Assembly: GCA_934085585.1 (NCBI GenBank)
Contig: CAKOHI010000006.1
Span: 520-64,519 of the forward strand
Length of the DNA stretch: 64,000 nucleotides
DNA from: an uncultured Bacilli bacterium
GTDB taxonomy: Bacteria; Bacillota_I; Bacilli_A; RF39; UBA660
Direction: 5' to 3'
The position numbers and the translations under genes were made by a program. Under the pieces are notes generated by a model, which was not told the DNA's origin, searched no databases, and saw only the letters and a list, made by a program, of their open reading frames with translations. Below, one piece after another: positions 1 through 10,097 of the stretch (its first letter is position 1; every line of letters starts with the position of its first letter).

Positions 1-13
1 ATAATTCTTATTT

Positions 14-48
14 TTAAAAAACATAATATCACCTTGGTAATATTATGT
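14..48 (-). terminator. Intrinsic terminator downstream of thiI
   Basis: 9-bp stem acataatat/atattatgt (21-29, 40-48) with a 10-nt loop. On the minus strand it is followed by a T-run (A-run 15-20 on +). Confidence 0.6.
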
Positions 49-63
49 CTAAAAATATTTATT

Positions 64-1245
64 TTATAACAAATCACTAAATTTATTTTCTTCCTTTATA
101 CCCACTATTATTGTAGTATGTTCTTTTATCGCTTTATAAATTAATTCTTTGTAAGGAATTAATGCTTCATATTCTTCGCACAAAGCTCCGTTTGGATTTA
201 TAACTGGATGTTTAGGAACAAACACTGTACAACAATCTTCATAAGGAAGTGTAGAAATATCAAACGTGCCAATTTTTTTAGATATATCAATTATTTCTAA
301 TTTATCAAAACAAGCAACTGGTCTTATAACTGGCATTTTAACAACTTCATTTATAGCTCTCATACTAGTTAAAGTTTGACTTGCAACTTGACCAATAGAT
401 TCTCCATTTACTAAAATATTACATTTATTTTCATTAGCTATAATTGCACTTATACGATACATCATTCTTCTCATTATAGTTATTAAATACTCATGAGGAA
501 TATTTTTAAGTATTGTTTCTTGAATTTCCGTAAAATTTATTACATGTACCTTTACTTCTGTATTATATTTAGCAAGAACACGTGCTAGTTTAATAACCTT
601 TTCTTTTGCTTGATCGCTAGTATGCGGAGGACTTTCAAAATAAATAGCTTCTAGTTTTACTCCACGTTTAATAGTTAGATATCCAGCCACTGGTGAATCT
701 ATTCCTCCACTAAGCATCAAAAGACCTTTTCCTAAAGTACCAACTGGATATCCTCCAAGTCCTTTAATTTCTTCAAAATAATATAATATTTCATCATTTC
801 TTATCTCAATATTTACTTCAATATCTGGATTATGTACATTAACTTTACAATCGATATTTTTAAGTATATGACCACCAATTATTCTACTTACTTCCATTGA
901 ATTAATCGGATAATTTTTATTGCTTCTTTTAGTAACAACTTTAAATGTTTTAAAATCCCTATTTTGAAGTAACTCAAGCACATCACCTTTTATATCTTCT
1001 AATTCAGTCTTATTACTCGTATATCCAATAAACATTCCTTGAATACCAAAGACATTTTTTAAGTGACCCACTACTTCATCAATTTCAGTTGTCTCAACAA
1101 ACATTCTACCAAAATCATAATAAACATCATGATTAATACCTTTTAAAGTTCTTTCAATATTATCTTTTAATTTACTAATAAAATAATTTTTATTATCTTT
1201 TTTTGTACTTAATTCTCCATATTTTATAATAATTTTTTTTTTCAA
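64..1245 (-). CDS. thiI: tRNA 4-thiouridine synthase / sulfur-transfer protein ThiI
   Basis: 393 aa. THUMP-type N-terminal half followed by PP-loop motif SGGIDSPVAGY. Adjacent to a cysteine desulfurase, as in Bacillus. TTG start preceded by GAGTGA. Confidence 0.9.
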   Translation of the reverse strand: MKKKIIIKYGELSTKKDNKNYFISKLKDNIERTLKGINHDVYYDFGRMFVETTEIDEVVGHLKNVFGIQGMFIGYTSNKTELEDIKGDVLELLQNRDFKTFKVVTKRSNKNYPINSMEVSRIIGGHILKNIDCKVNVHNPDIEVNIEIRNDEILYYFEEIKGLGGYPVGTLGKGLLMLSGGIDSPVAGYLTIKRGVKLEAIYFESPPHTSDQAKEKVIKLARVLAKYNTEVKVHVINFTEIQETILKNIPHEYLITIMRRMMYRISAIIANENKCNILVNGESIGQVASQTLTSMRAINEVVKMPVIRPVACFDKLEIIDISKKIGTFDISTLPYEDCCTVFVPKHPVINPNGALCEEYEALIPYKELIYKAIKEHTTIIVGIKEENKFSDLL

Positions 1246-1303
1246 AACACATCACTCATTTCAGAAAATATTTTAACAAAAAAAACTATTATTTTAAATA
1301 GTT

Positions 1304-2428
1304 TTAATGTAATTTACTTAATTTTTCATACTCTGTTCTAAATACTTCCAAAAATCTATTTATCTCTTCAGTTGTTGTTACGTGAGACAAACTAATTCTA
1401 ATTGTATGTTTTGCTCGATTTAAATCATTATAAACTGCTAGAACTGCATTTGAAACTTCACCACTTGAACACGCTGTATTAGAACTTACATAAATTTCAT
1501 GACTTGCTAAAGCATGTACCAATACCTCAGGCATTACATCCATAACACTTATATTTAATATGTGAGGTATACTATACTTTGTTTTATTAAATAAAATATT
1601 TGGATATTTATTTAATGTATTAATAATTTTTTCATTTAATAATGATACAAATCTTTCTTTTTTTTCTAAATTACTATTTGCTAGTCTAACTGCTTTTGAT
1701 AAAGCTGCAATTAAAGGAAGCGGCGGAGTTCCAGGATTTATACTTTCTTTAGTACTTCCATATAAAAGTGGTGTTAATTTTATCATACTACTTTTATATA
1801 AAAAACCAATTCCTTTTGGACCAAATATTTTTTGCCCTGAAGCTGATGCTAAATCTACATCGTGCATATTAACACTTACTTTTCCAATTGCTTGTGTCAT
1901 ATCAGAATGAAATATTGTTCCAATATTTTCTTTTTTTATAATTTGTCTTATCATTTTTAATGGTTGTCTAATTCCAATTTCAGAATTAACAGCACTAATA
2001 CTAACAAGAATTGTATCTTCTCTAACTAAACTTTTTAAATCATCAAAATCAATCAATCCATCTTTATCATTTTTTACATAACTAATTTCAAATCCAATTG
2101 ATTTTAAATAATCACATATTACATAAATTGATGGATGTTCAAGTTTAGACACGATTATATGTTTACCTTTTTTATGATTAGCTAAAGCAGCTCCAATTAT
2201 TGCCATATTATTTGATTCTGTTGACCCACCGGTATAAATAATTTCTGTCGGATTAACACCAAAAATATCAGCAATTTGTTTTGTAGCACTTTCTAACAAC
2301 TCCATGGATTTTTGACCTAAACTGTGCATAGAATTAGGATTACCAATATAATTTTTAGTAACTTTAGACAATGTATCAAAAACATCTAAATCAACGGGTG
2401 TCGTAGCACTATAATCTAAATATATCAA
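1304..2428 (-). CDS. iscS: Cysteine desulfurase, NifS/IscS (group I) type
   Basis: 374 aa. N-terminus YLDYSATTP, PLP-lysine region SASGQKIFGPKGIG, C-terminal active-site loop SSNTACSSG. Paired with thiI. Confidence 0.85.
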   Translation of the reverse strand: MIYLDYSATTPVDLDVFDTLSKVTKNYIGNPNSMHSLGQKSMELLESATKQIADIFGVNPTEIIYTGGSTESNNMAIIGAALANHKKGKHIIVSKLEHPSIYVICDYLKSIGFEISYVKNDKDGLIDFDDLKSLVREDTILVSISAVNSEIGIRQPLKMIRQIIKKENIGTIFHSDMTQAIGKVSVNMHDVDLASASGQKIFGPKGIGFLYKSSMIKLTPLLYGSTKESINPGTPPLPLIAALSKAVRLANSNLEKKERFVSLLNEKIINTLNKYPNILFNKTKYSIPHILNISVMDVMPEVLVHALASHEIYVSSNTACSSGEVSNAVLAVYNDLNRAKHTIRISLSHVTTTEEINRFLEVFRTEYEKLSKLH

Positions 2429-2440
2429 TTTACTTCCTCC

Positions 2441-4159
2441 TTAATTTTGAGACTCTTCAAGTAATTTTTTATGAATACCTGGTTCCACAATATTAATAGC
2501 ATTTATGGCATTTTCCAAACTATTTTTAAAATTACCTTTCAAAAACGCATTTTCCGCTTTAACTAAACCAAAGTCAACTTCTCTATTTGTAACTCTATAT
2601 CTATTACCATACACAATCGCAGTTTCTGCCATTTTAGCAGTTTTCATAGTTTCATTTACAGTATTATAAACTTTTAAAACTAAATCTCTTGCTGTATCCA
2701 CTCTTAAATTTAAAACTTTGATAGAAATAGGTCTTTTATCAAGCTCTTTAACTAATTCATTTATAGCTTCCATTGCTTCTGACATTTCTACATAATAATT
2801 TTTAGGAATACAAGGTAATTTATATGATCTTATTTTTTCTTTGGTTTGTGATAAAATTCTCTTAATTTCATCTAATTGTTCTCGAGCTCTATTTTCATCT
2901 TCTTTTAAACTGCCCAAAGTTTTTAAAGCTCCATTTAATTTTTCTTCCACTTTTATTAATCTTGAATTAATTATTTCCATTTCTCTAGCCAGCTTAGAAT
3001 ATGCCAAGGTTTTATTTCTAGCAATATCCACCACTTTATCATAACTAGCCCTAATATCCATAATTTCTTTTTTAATTTCAGCAATTACATTTACTTCATC
3101 ATCAGTTAAATCATAACTATACTTGATATCTCCAATTTTTTTATAAAGTTCATTATTAACTTTTTCTAATTTAGTTGCTTTTATTAAAATACTTCTACTA
3201 TAATCTTCATATATTTTTTTTGAATATCGTTCTTTATCAAAATCACTATATAATGAATCAAAATAATCGTGCATAGTTTTAAGTTCAAAAAGTGAATCTT
3301 CAACATTTAAAACATTTAATCTTTGAAATATATCTTGAATCTTTTTATTTGCTTCAGTTATATTATACATAATATTTAAGTATTCTAAATTATAACCTTC
3401 TTTAGTCATCTTTTCATATATATTTTTTATGTCATCTTCTTTTTTAGGAATTAATTTCATTCCCAGACTAACTATAGGTCTTGTTTCTTCAATTATAACT
3501 TTTAAATTACTAATTAAATCAGTTATTGCTTTTACTATTTTTCCTACTTCAGTATACGCATTTTGCTCCATTGAAACTTCAAAAGCATTAAACAATTTAT
3601 CAATATTTTCAAATTGCAATTCAATCGGATTTTTTACAATTTCATATTCTTCTTCATAATCTTTATACGTACTTAATATTTCTCTATATTCAGCTTTTAA
3701 CTTAGTTATAGTTTCTCTATTTCTTTCTTCGCTTAAAGTAACATCCTTAATTTCATCAAGCAAAAAAGAAGCTTTTGTCTTTAATGTATTTAAATCAAAG
3801 TCAGCTTTTAAAACCAGTCCCTTTAAATCTTTAAAATTTTTTTCAACAAATAATTCTTCGATTTCATTTAAAGTTTCTGTTATTTTAGGCATTTCTTTAT
3901 CTTTTATATCATTAAATCTATTTTTCCAATCATTAAATTTTTCTTTCATTTCATCGTTATTTACTAATGCTTCAACTTTATTAAATTCTGATAACATGGA
4001 AGCCGAAATAACCATATTTTTTTCTTTTTCTAGTTTTTCTATTTCAGCTTTTAATTTTTTCTTTTCTTTATTATTTATCGCATTTAAAATTGCTACTACC
4101 AAAAAAATAGTAACTGTCCATACCAAAAAAGCAATCGATATAAATGTTATTTTATCCAT
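2441..4159 (-). CDS. ezrA: Septation ring formation regulator EzrA
   Basis: Single N-terminal TM helix (ITFISIAFLVWTVTIFLVVAIL) followed by ~540 aa of Lys/Glu-rich coiled coil, the typical EzrA length and architecture. The ATG at 4159 has a GGTGA RBS; the ORF-track start at 4171 is a GTG inside that RBS. Confidence 0.8.
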   Translation of the reverse strand: MDKITFISIAFLVWTVTIFLVVAILNAINNKEKKKLKAEIEKLEKEKNMVISASMLSEFNKVEALVNNDEMKEKFNDWKNRFNDIKDKEMPKITETLNEIEELFVEKNFKDLKGLVLKADFDLNTLKTKASFLLDEIKDVTLSEERNRETITKLKAEYREILSTYKDYEEEYEIVKNPIELQFENIDKLFNAFEVSMEQNAYTEVGKIVKAITDLISNLKVIIEETRPIVSLGMKLIPKKEDDIKNIYEKMTKEGYNLEYLNIMYNITEANKKIQDIFQRLNVLNVEDSLFELKTMHDYFDSLYSDFDKERYSKKIYEDYSRSILIKATKLEKVNNELYKKIGDIKYSYDLTDDEVNVIAEIKKEIMDIRASYDKVVDIARNKTLAYSKLAREMEIINSRLIKVEEKLNGALKTLGSLKEDENRAREQLDEIKRILSQTKEKIRSYKLPCIPKNYYVEMSEAMEAINELVKELDKRPISIKVLNLRVDTARDLVLKVYNTVNETMKTAKMAETAIVYGNRYRVTNREVDFGLVKAENAFLKGNFKNSLENAINAINIVEPGIHKKLLEESQN

Positions 4160-4210
4160 ATGATTCACCACTATAATAAGTTTACCATATATTACAATTT
4201 TTTTAAAGAT

Positions 4211-4237
4211 TAAAAAAATAACTTTTCAGTTATTTTT
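4211..4237 (-). terminator. Intrinsic terminator after the DUF308-like gene
   Basis: Stem ataact/agttat (4218-4223, 4228-4233) with a 4-nt loop, enclosing the stop codon. It is followed on the minus strand by a T-run. The stem is weak and AT-rich. Confidence 0.4.
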
Positions 4238-4781
4238 GCAAAATATAATTATCAATTAAATCAAAAACAGCAACAACTACTAAAAATGCTCCCGTTATTT
4301 TAGTAATTGCATCTCCTGAAAATGGACTAAATATTAAAACTAATCCTAAAATAGTAGTTAATATACCAATTATTAAGGTTCCAATCCAAGCATTGTCAAT
4401 TTCTTTTAAAGTAAATGCCCATTTCACTTTTACTAAACCAGATATTGCTAAACTAATCCCAATTCCAATCGCAATAGCTCTTACCACAGAACCTGGATAA
4501 AGTAAAATAATAGATCCTAAAATACTATAAAATATTCCACTAACTAAAGTTGTTGATGCACCAATTTTATTTTGTGAATATTGAAAAATTCCTGCAATAC
4601 CTATAATAAGTAAAACGATCCCCACAATAATACCAAGAATTTTATTTGAAGTATCAGGCATCAAAACCAAAACTAAACCTACTAAACCAAGAATTAATGT
4701 TTTAGTTAACTCATTTTTCTTAAAATTATTATAATTATTACTTGTACTTTTCTTTTCTAAAGTACCTTCAACTTTTACCAT
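4230..4781 (-). CDS. Integral membrane protein, HdeD/DUF308-like
   Basis: About six hydrophobic helices with repeated G-I/L-x-x-I-x-x-G patterns. The likely start is MVKVEG at 4781, which has an AGTGGTGA RBS. Confidence 0.55.
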   Translation of the reverse strand: MVKVEGTLEKKSTSNNYNNFKKNELTKTLILGLVGLVLVLMPDTSNKILGIIVGIVLLIIGIAGIFQYSQNKIGASTTLVSGIFYSILGSIILLYPGSVVRAIAIGIGISLAISGLVKVKWAFTLKEIDNAWIGTLIIGILTTILGLVLIFSPFSGDAITKITGAFLVVVAVFDLIDNYILQK

Positions 4782-4902
4782 TATATCACCACTTACATTA
4801 TATAATATGGGGCAAAAAATGTCTATATATATCTTTGACAAATAAAAATATATATAATATAATGATTAAGAAAACAATATAATTAATGGAGGTAAAATTA
4901 TT

Positions 4903-5045
4903 TGTTAGCGCCAGACCCAAGAGGTTAACGAGGATGTTGTTTATCGAAAATTCGGCGGATGCAACACGGTTTGTATAATCGATAGATATATTACAAAAAC
5001 AAAATCAAAATTGTAATAAAAAATATATCACATACATTAAGAAAG
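4903..5045 (+). ncRNA. glmS: glmS ribozyme (GlcN6P-activated self-cleaving 5' leader)
   Basis: AGCGCCAGA at 4907, then AACGAGGATGTTGTTTATCGAAAATTCGGCGGATGCAACACGG. This matches the conserved glmS ribozyme core (A/GCGCC cleavage site, GACGAGG...UUAUCGA.AUUUCGGCGGAUG). It lies immediately upstream of glmS. Confidence 0.9.
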
Positions 5046-5053
5046 GATTTTTT

Positions 5054-6853
5054 ATGTGTGGAATAATTGGATATAATGGAACAAAAAAATGCGTTCCAAA
5101 ACTAATTGGAGCTTTAGAAGCTTTAGAATACAGAGGTTATGACTCTGCTGGTATTGCTTATATAAAAAAAGGCAATATTGAAATCAAAAAAGAAAAAGGA
5201 AAAATCAAAAATTTAAAAGATACTTTAGATATGGATGTTGATGCTTATATTGGTATTGGACATACAAGGTGGGCAACTCATGGTGAAGCAAATAAGATAA
5301 ATGCCCACCCACACAAAAATGGAAAAGTCACATTAGTTCATAATGGTATAATTGAAAATTACATTGAAATTAAAGAAGACTTAAAAAACAAAGGATACAA
5401 ATTCACAAGTGAAACAGATACTGAAGTAGCTGCTGCTTTACTTGATGAATTATACAGTAAAAATAATGATATGGTTAAATCACTACATGAAGCTAGCAAA
5501 ATAATACGTGGTTCATACGCACTTGTAATACTAGTTGACGGTGATGACTCCGTTTACGCTTCTCGTTGTGCCAGTCCAATGATTGCAGCCTTCGGAGATG
5601 ATGGATTTTATGTTGCATCTGATGTACCAGCTATTTTAACTTATACTAATAAATATATGTTGTTAGATGATTATGACATTGTTAAACTATCAAAAGATAA
5701 AATTGAAATCTATGATAAAGATTTAAATAAAATTAATAAAGAAATAAAAGTATTTGAAGGTTCAATGGATGCTGCCACTAAAGGTGGGTTTGAACATTTC
5801 ATGTTAAAAGAAATTAATGAACAAGATAAAGTATTCAAAGATACTGTAAATTATTATTTTGATGGAACATTTGCATCTTTAGAAAAAAGCTTTGGTTATT
5901 TAAAAAACTTCAAAAAAATTGACATCGTAGCATGTGGATCAGCATATCATACCGGAGTTGTTGGAAAATATTTAATTGAAAATTATGCAAACATTCCCGT
6001 AAATGTTGAAGTTGCTAGTGAATACAGATATAAAAAATGTTTTTACGATAAAAACACATTGGTAATATTAGTATCCCAATCAGGTGAAACCGCTGATACA
6101 CTCGCTGCTTTAAGAAAAGCTAAAGAAGATAAAATAACAACAATGGCCATTGTAAATGTTGTAGGTTCTTCCATTGCTCGTGAAGCAGATTATGTAACTT
6201 ATATTAAAGCAGGTTTTGAAATTGCTGTTGCAACTACTAAAGCATATTTAGCACAACTTGCAATATTCAGTTTAATTGCTTTATATTTAGGATATGAAAA
6301 TAAAACCATTAAAGAAAAAGAATTTAATGAAATAGCTAATGAGTATAATAATTTACCAGCATTAATTAAAGAAACAATTAATAATGATAACTACTCTGCT
6401 ATTGCAGACAAAATTTATGATAAAAAGCAAATTTTCTTTATTGGTCGCGGTATTGATTATGCACTATCACTTGAAGCATCATTAAAATTAAAAGAGATTT
6501 CTTATATAAACAGCGTTGCTTATCAAGCCGGAGAATTAAAACATGGTACAATATCTTTGATTGAAAAAGATACACCAGTAATAGCCATATCAACTGACGG
6601 TACACTACGTGAAAAAACAATAAGTAATATTAAAGAAGTAAAAGCTCGTGGTGCCTATGTTGTTTATGTTACAAATGAAGAATCTCAAGAAAAATTTTAT
6701 GATGATATAATAACCATTAAAAAAATACATCCAATTTTAGAATCTATTTTAGCTATCATACCTTTACAACTTTTATCATATAAGGTTGCTACAAACAACG
6801 GATGTGACATTGATAAACCAAGAAATTTAGCTAAATCAGTAACTGTAGAATAG
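5054..6853 (+). CDS. glmS: Glutamine--fructose-6-phosphate aminotransferase
   Basis: 599 aa. N-terminal nucleophile MCGIIGY, two SIS domains, C-terminal KSVTVE. Confidence 0.97.
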   Translation: MCGIIGYNGTKKCVPKLIGALEALEYRGYDSAGIAYIKKGNIEIKKEKGKIKNLKDTLDMDVDAYIGIGHTRWATHGEANKINAHPHKNGKVTLVHNGIIENYIEIKEDLKNKGYKFTSETDTEVAAALLDELYSKNNDMVKSLHEASKIIRGSYALVILVDGDDSVYASRCASPMIAAFGDDGFYVASDVPAILTYTNKYMLLDDYDIVKLSKDKIEIYDKDLNKINKEIKVFEGSMDAATKGGFEHFMLKEINEQDKVFKDTVNYYFDGTFASLEKSFGYLKNFKKIDIVACGSAYHTGVVGKYLIENYANIPVNVEVASEYRYKKCFYDKNTLVILVSQSGETADTLAALRKAKEDKITTMAIVNVVGSSIAREADYVTYIKAGFEIAVATTKAYLAQLAIFSLIALYLGYENKTIKEKEFNEIANEYNNLPALIKETINNDNYSAIADKIYDKKQIFFIGRGIDYALSLEASLKLKEISYINSVAYQAGELKHGTISLIEKDTPVIAISTDGTLREKTISNIKEVKARGAYVVYVTNEESQEKFYDDIITIKKIHPILESILAIIPLQLLSYKVATNNGCDIDKPRNLAKSVTVE

Positions 6854-6881
6854 AAAAAATCAGCAAATCTGCTGATTTTTT
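6854..6881 (+). terminator. Intrinsic terminator of glmS
   Basis: Stem atcagca/tgctgat (6859-6865, 6870-6876), extendable through flanking A/T pairs, followed by a T-run. Confidence 0.8.
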
Positions 6882-7024
6882 AGTTAATTATATAATTAAT
6901 TCTATCTGATTTTTAAATTTTATTTTGTTATTCAGATTTTTTTTAAATAACTATTTGTAAACCTTTTTCATTGTTCAAATGATAACACAATTTACTATTT
7001 GTCAATAATCATCTACCTTATCAT

Positions 7025-7053
7025 TTGACTTTTAATAGAGAGTTTAATAAAAT
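7025..7053 (+). promoter_or_regulatory. Sigma-A-type promoter of the GNAT gene
   Basis: TTGACT (7025-7030), 17-nt spacer, TAAAAT (7048-7053). Confidence 0.5.
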
Positions 7054-7068
7054 AATTATGGTGATTAT

Positions 7069-7476
7069 ATGTTAAAAATAGACTATCTACATAATAACAA
7101 AAAATTTAAGAATGATGTTATTACATATCTTAACAGTTGGAATAATAAAACTTTTGATAACGAAGCAGTAACTGTTATAGCCATAGATAACCATGAACTA
7201 GTTGGTTTTTACCAAATAAAAGCTCATGATAATGATAAAACAAACTTTTATCCTTGGTTAACAAATGTTTATATTGTCCCCGAAAAACGAAAAAAAGGTT
7301 ATTCGAGAAAACTTCTAGAAACAATTCCTTTAGTTTTAAAAGATTTAGGCTACGATACGCTTTTCCTTCATACTAGATTAATAAACTATTATGAAAAGTT
7401 TGGATGGGAAATCTTATGTCCATTTGAAAAAAATGATGGAATTAAAAGAAATATTTATATTTTTAAGATTAAATGA
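7069..7476 (+). CDS. GNAT family N-acetyltransferase
   Basis: 135 aa. Acetyl-CoA-binding-type segment VYIVPEKRKKGYSRKLLE in the usual position of a GNAT fold. Confidence 0.75.
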   Translation: MLKIDYLHNNKKFKNDVITYLNSWNNKTFDNEAVTVIAIDNHELVGFYQIKAHDNDKTNFYPWLTNVYIVPEKRKKGYSRKLLETIPLVLKDLGYDTLFLHTRLINYYEKFGWEILCPFEKNDGIKRNIYIFKIK

Positions 7477-7494
7477 TCCTAATAATTTTTCAAC

Positions 7495-7528
7495 AAAAAG
7501 AAAACTCCGTAAATACGGAGTTAATTTT
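7495..7528. terminator. Bidirectional terminator (GNAT gene on +, tRNA operon on -)
   Basis: 8-bp stem aactccgt/acggagtt with loop aaat. An A-run lies upstream and T's downstream, so it works on both strands. Confidence 0.7.
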
Positions 7529-7533
7529 CTAAA

Positions 7534-7609
7534 TGGTGGCTCGTCTGAGATTCGAACTCAGGACCCTTTGATTAAAAGTCAAATGCTCTACCGACTGAGC
7601 TAACGAACC
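7534..7609 (-). tRNA. tRNA-Lys (UUU)
   Basis: Reverse complement folds as a cloverleaf. Anticodon arm tttga-cuUUUaa-tcaaa, T-loop GTTCGAATC, CCA encoded. Confidence 0.9.
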
Positions 7610-7635
7610 AAAACAATAAAATTTAAAAATATAAA

Positions 7636-7711
7636 TGGCTGCCTCGGCAGGATTCGAACCGGCGGAATGTCAGAGTCAAAGTCTGATGCCTTACCACTTG
7701 GCTACGAGGCA
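7636..7711 (-). tRNA. tRNA-Gln (UUG)
   Basis: Anticodon arm tcaga-cuUUGac-tctga, U1:A72 acceptor start, CCA encoded. By hand folding the T-stem shows one C-U mismatch. Confidence 0.8.
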
Positions 7712-7718
7712 ATAACAA

Positions 7719-7802
7719 TGGTGGGGAGACATAGATTTGAACTATGGAACCCGAAGGAACAGATTTACAGTCTGCCGCGTTTGACCACTTCGCTATCTCC
7801 CC
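7719..7802 (-). tRNA. tRNA-Tyr (GUA)
   Basis: Anticodon loop cuGUAaa, long variable arm (type II), GTTCAAATC T-loop, CCA encoded. Confidence 0.9.
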
Positions 7803-7807
7803 AACAA

Positions 7808-7883
7808 TGGTGCCGACAGAGAGAGTCGAACTCCCAACCTACTGATTACAAGTCAGTTGCGCTGCCAGTTACGCTATGTCGGC
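7808..7883 (-). tRNA. tRNA-Thr (UGU)
   Basis: Anticodon arm ctgac-uuGUaa context (loop ctTGTaa), GTTCGACTC T-loop, CCA encoded. Confidence 0.9.
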
Positions 7884-7896
7884 AAAACAAATAAAA

Positions 7897-7973
7897 TGGT
7901 GGGCGCTATAGGACTCGAACCTATGACACCTTGCTTGTAAGGCAAGTACTCTAACCAACTGAGCTAAGCGCCC
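7897..7973 (-). tRNA. tRNA-Val (UAC)
   Basis: Anticodon arm cttgc-cuUACaa-gcaag, GGTTCGAGTCC T-arm, CCA encoded. Confidence 0.9.
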
Positions 7974-8023
7974 TTATTACATATTGTAATGTGCCACCAA
8001 TATTTCTCTCGATGACAATTAAG

Positions 8024-8052
8024 ATTATACCAAATGGCAGACGCAAATGCAA
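8024..8052 (-). promoter_or_regulatory. Promoter of the Val-Thr-Tyr-Gln-Lys tRNA operon
   Basis: Minus strand reads TTGCAT (8052-8047), 17-nt spacer ending TGg, then TATAAT (8029-8024). It lies ~45 nt upstream of the tRNA-Val 5' end. Confidence 0.7.
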
Positions 8053-8229
8053 GTTTTTTTTACAAATTTATTAATTTTTTTTCATTTTTTTAAAAAAACA
8101 TTAACTATTTAATAAATCATAGAAATTTTTCTTCATATAATTTCCAGCAAATTCAATTACATTAATTAGTTTTAAAACTATGTGTTGCAACAAAAAAACT
8201 AGAACAAAGTCTAGCGTTTAAATTCAAAC

Positions 8230-8307
8230 TGGTCGAGAAGACAGGATTTGAACCTGCAACCCCTAGGTCCCAAACCTAGTGCACTACCAAATTGTGCTAC
8301 TTCTCGA
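8230..8307 (-). tRNA. tRNA-Pro (UGG)
   Basis: Anticodon arm ctagg-uuUGGga-cctag, GGTTCAAATCC T-arm, CCA encoded. Confidence 0.9.
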
Positions 8308-8326
8308 TTCAACCAAAATTTTTAAA

Positions 8327-8403
8327 TGGTACGCCCAAAGGGATTCGAACCCCCAACCTTTAGATCCGTAGTCTAACGCTCTATCCAGTTGAGCTATGGG
8401 CGC
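8327..8403 (-). tRNA. tRNA-Arg (ACG)
   Basis: Anticodon arm ttaga-cuACGga-tctaa, GGTTCGAATCC T-arm, CCA encoded. Confidence 0.9.
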
Positions 8404-8425
8404 GTATTTTCCCAAGTGCACTAAC

Positions 8426-8455
8426 ATTATATTACAATAAACTAGCAAATGTCAA
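8426..8455 (-). promoter_or_regulatory. Promoter of the Arg-Pro tRNA operon
   Basis: Minus strand reads TTGACA (8455-8450), 18-nt spacer, TATAAT (8431-8426). It lies ~20 nt upstream of tRNA-Arg. Confidence 0.65.
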
Positions 8456-8508
8456 CCTATTTATAGAAAAAAAGTCATTTTTTACCAATTAACAAAAATA
8501 GCCAAGAC

Positions 8509-9921
8509 TTAATCTTGACTATATATACCATCTAAACTAAAACTTTTAGCATCAGTTATCTTAACAGGAATAATTTTACCAATTAAACTGTCATCACCTA
8601 TTACATTTACTAATTTCATTGTTTCAGTGTATCCATAAACTTTAGAATCATCTTTCTCACTTTTTCCAATTATTAAAACATCAACAACTTTTTCTAACAT
8701 TTTTTTATTACTTTCCAAAGAATATTTATTAACAAGTTCATTTAACTTTTGTAGTCTTTCTTCTTTAACACTCATAGGTATTTTATCTTCCATTTTTGCT
8801 GCTGCTGTTCCTTCTCTAGGTGAAAAAATAAATGTATAAGCTCCATCAAATTTGCAATAATTAACAATATCCAACGTTTTTTGAAAATCCTCATCAGTTT
8901 CGTTTGGAAAACCAACAATTATATCCGTTGTAACAGCTACATTCTTTACTTTTTCTTTAATTTGATTAAAAAGCTTTTTATATTCATCAATAGTATATTT
9001 TCTATTCATTTTTTTAAGAATTTCATCACTACCAGATTGAATTGGTAAATGTACATAAGGCATAATATTATCATATTTTGCAATAACATCAACCATTCTA
9101 TCAGTAAAATTCCAAGGATGTGATGTAACAAATCTAATTCTAGGAATACCAATTTTTGCTACATTTTCTAAAAGTGTTGCAAAATCGTAACCTAAATTTA
9201 AATCTTTACCATACGCATTGACATTTTGACCAAGCAAAGTAATTTCCATATAACCTTGTTCTTTTAAAGTCTTTACTTCTTCCAAAACTTCTTCCATTTT
9301 ACGGCTTCTTTCTCTTCCTCTTGTATATGGAACAATACAATATGTACAAAATTTATCACAACCATAAATAATATTTATCCAAGCACTTATTTTAGAATCT
9401 CTATTGTATTTTACATTTTCAAATACCACATCACTATTTGAATAAACTTCAATATTTTGATTCTTTTTATTATTAGCTTCTTCAATTAAACTTGGTAATT
9501 CACTCAAGTTATAAGTACCAATAATAATATCAATATATTGATGTCTATTATGTATTTCTTCAATTTCAGTTGGTTGTTGCATTAAACACCCAGCAATAGC
9601 AATAATTAAATTAGGATTTTCCTTTTTTAAATGTTTACATCTTCCTAAATACCCAAACACTTTATCTTTTGCATTTTCTCTAATAGCACAAGTATTTAAA
9701 ACAACAATATCAGCTTTTTCTAATTCATCAACAGCTTCATATCCCAAAGCTTCCAAATAATACTTTATTTCTTCAGAATCATGAACATTCATCTGACATC
9801 CATAAGTTCTTAAAAAATATTTTTTTCCTTTATATAATGGTTTTATATTTAAATTTAACTTTTCTTCTTTAACATTAACTTTTTTTCTACTACCAGCTAC
9901 TAACAAATCAGGTACTTTCAT
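8509..9921 (-). CDS. miaB: tRNA (i6A37) methylthiotransferase MiaB
   Basis: UPF0004 N-domain TYGCQMNVHDSE, radical-SAM cluster GCDKFCTYCIVPYTRG, C-terminal TRAM domain. The ATG at 9921 (MKVPDLL) has an AGGAAG RBS; the ORF-track TTG start overlaps that RBS. Confidence 0.9.
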   Translation of the reverse strand: MKVPDLLVAGSRKKVNVKEEKLNLNIKPLYKGKKYFLRTYGCQMNVHDSEEIKYYLEALGYEAVDELEKADIVVLNTCAIRENAKDKVFGYLGRCKHLKKENPNLIIAIAGCLMQQPTEIEEIHNRHQYIDIIIGTYNLSELPSLIEEANNKKNQNIEVYSNSDVVFENVKYNRDSKISAWINIIYGCDKFCTYCIVPYTRGRERSRKMEEVLEEVKTLKEQGYMEITLLGQNVNAYGKDLNLGYDFATLLENVAKIGIPRIRFVTSHPWNFTDRMVDVIAKYDNIMPYVHLPIQSGSDEILKKMNRKYTIDEYKKLFNQIKEKVKNVAVTTDIIVGFPNETDEDFQKTLDIVNYCKFDGAYTFIFSPREGTAAAKMEDKIPMSVKEERLQKLNELVNKYSLESNKKMLEKVVDVLIIGKSEKDDSKVYGYTETMKLVNVIGDDSLIGKIIPVKITDAKSFSLDGIYSQD

Positions 9922-10097
9922 AATACTACTTCCTTTCAATGCACTATTCTATCACATAAACAAAAAATGTGAAAGCGTTTTGACTAATTTTGGGTTGGAA
10001 TAAGTTAGTAAGTAGAATGGTTATATAACATCTTAAGCACAATAAATGGATAACATGTAATAAAAATTTATTAGCCAAAACCCGCTTTCGAATAAGT

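Noticed and set aside
7636-7711. tRNA-Gln as a pseudo-tRNA because of a C-U mismatch in the T-stem
   Set aside because: All other elements (acceptor stem, anticodon arm, T-loop, CCA, operon context) are intact. Hand folding may mis-assign the variable-loop boundary. This needs tRNAscan-SE rather than a pseudogene call.
7391-7894. ORF-track ORFs 7391-7603 and 7667-7894 (+)
   Set aside because: They run across the minus-strand tRNA genes (Lys, Gln, Tyr, Thr). The open frames are a by-product of GC-richer tRNA sequence, and neither has an RBS.
8192-8214. Hairpin ctaga-N6-tctag with T-run as terminator of the Arg-Pro tRNA operon
   Set aside because: The stem is only 5 bp and AT-rich. It is too weak to report as a feature, although some termination signal must exist between 8053 and 8229.
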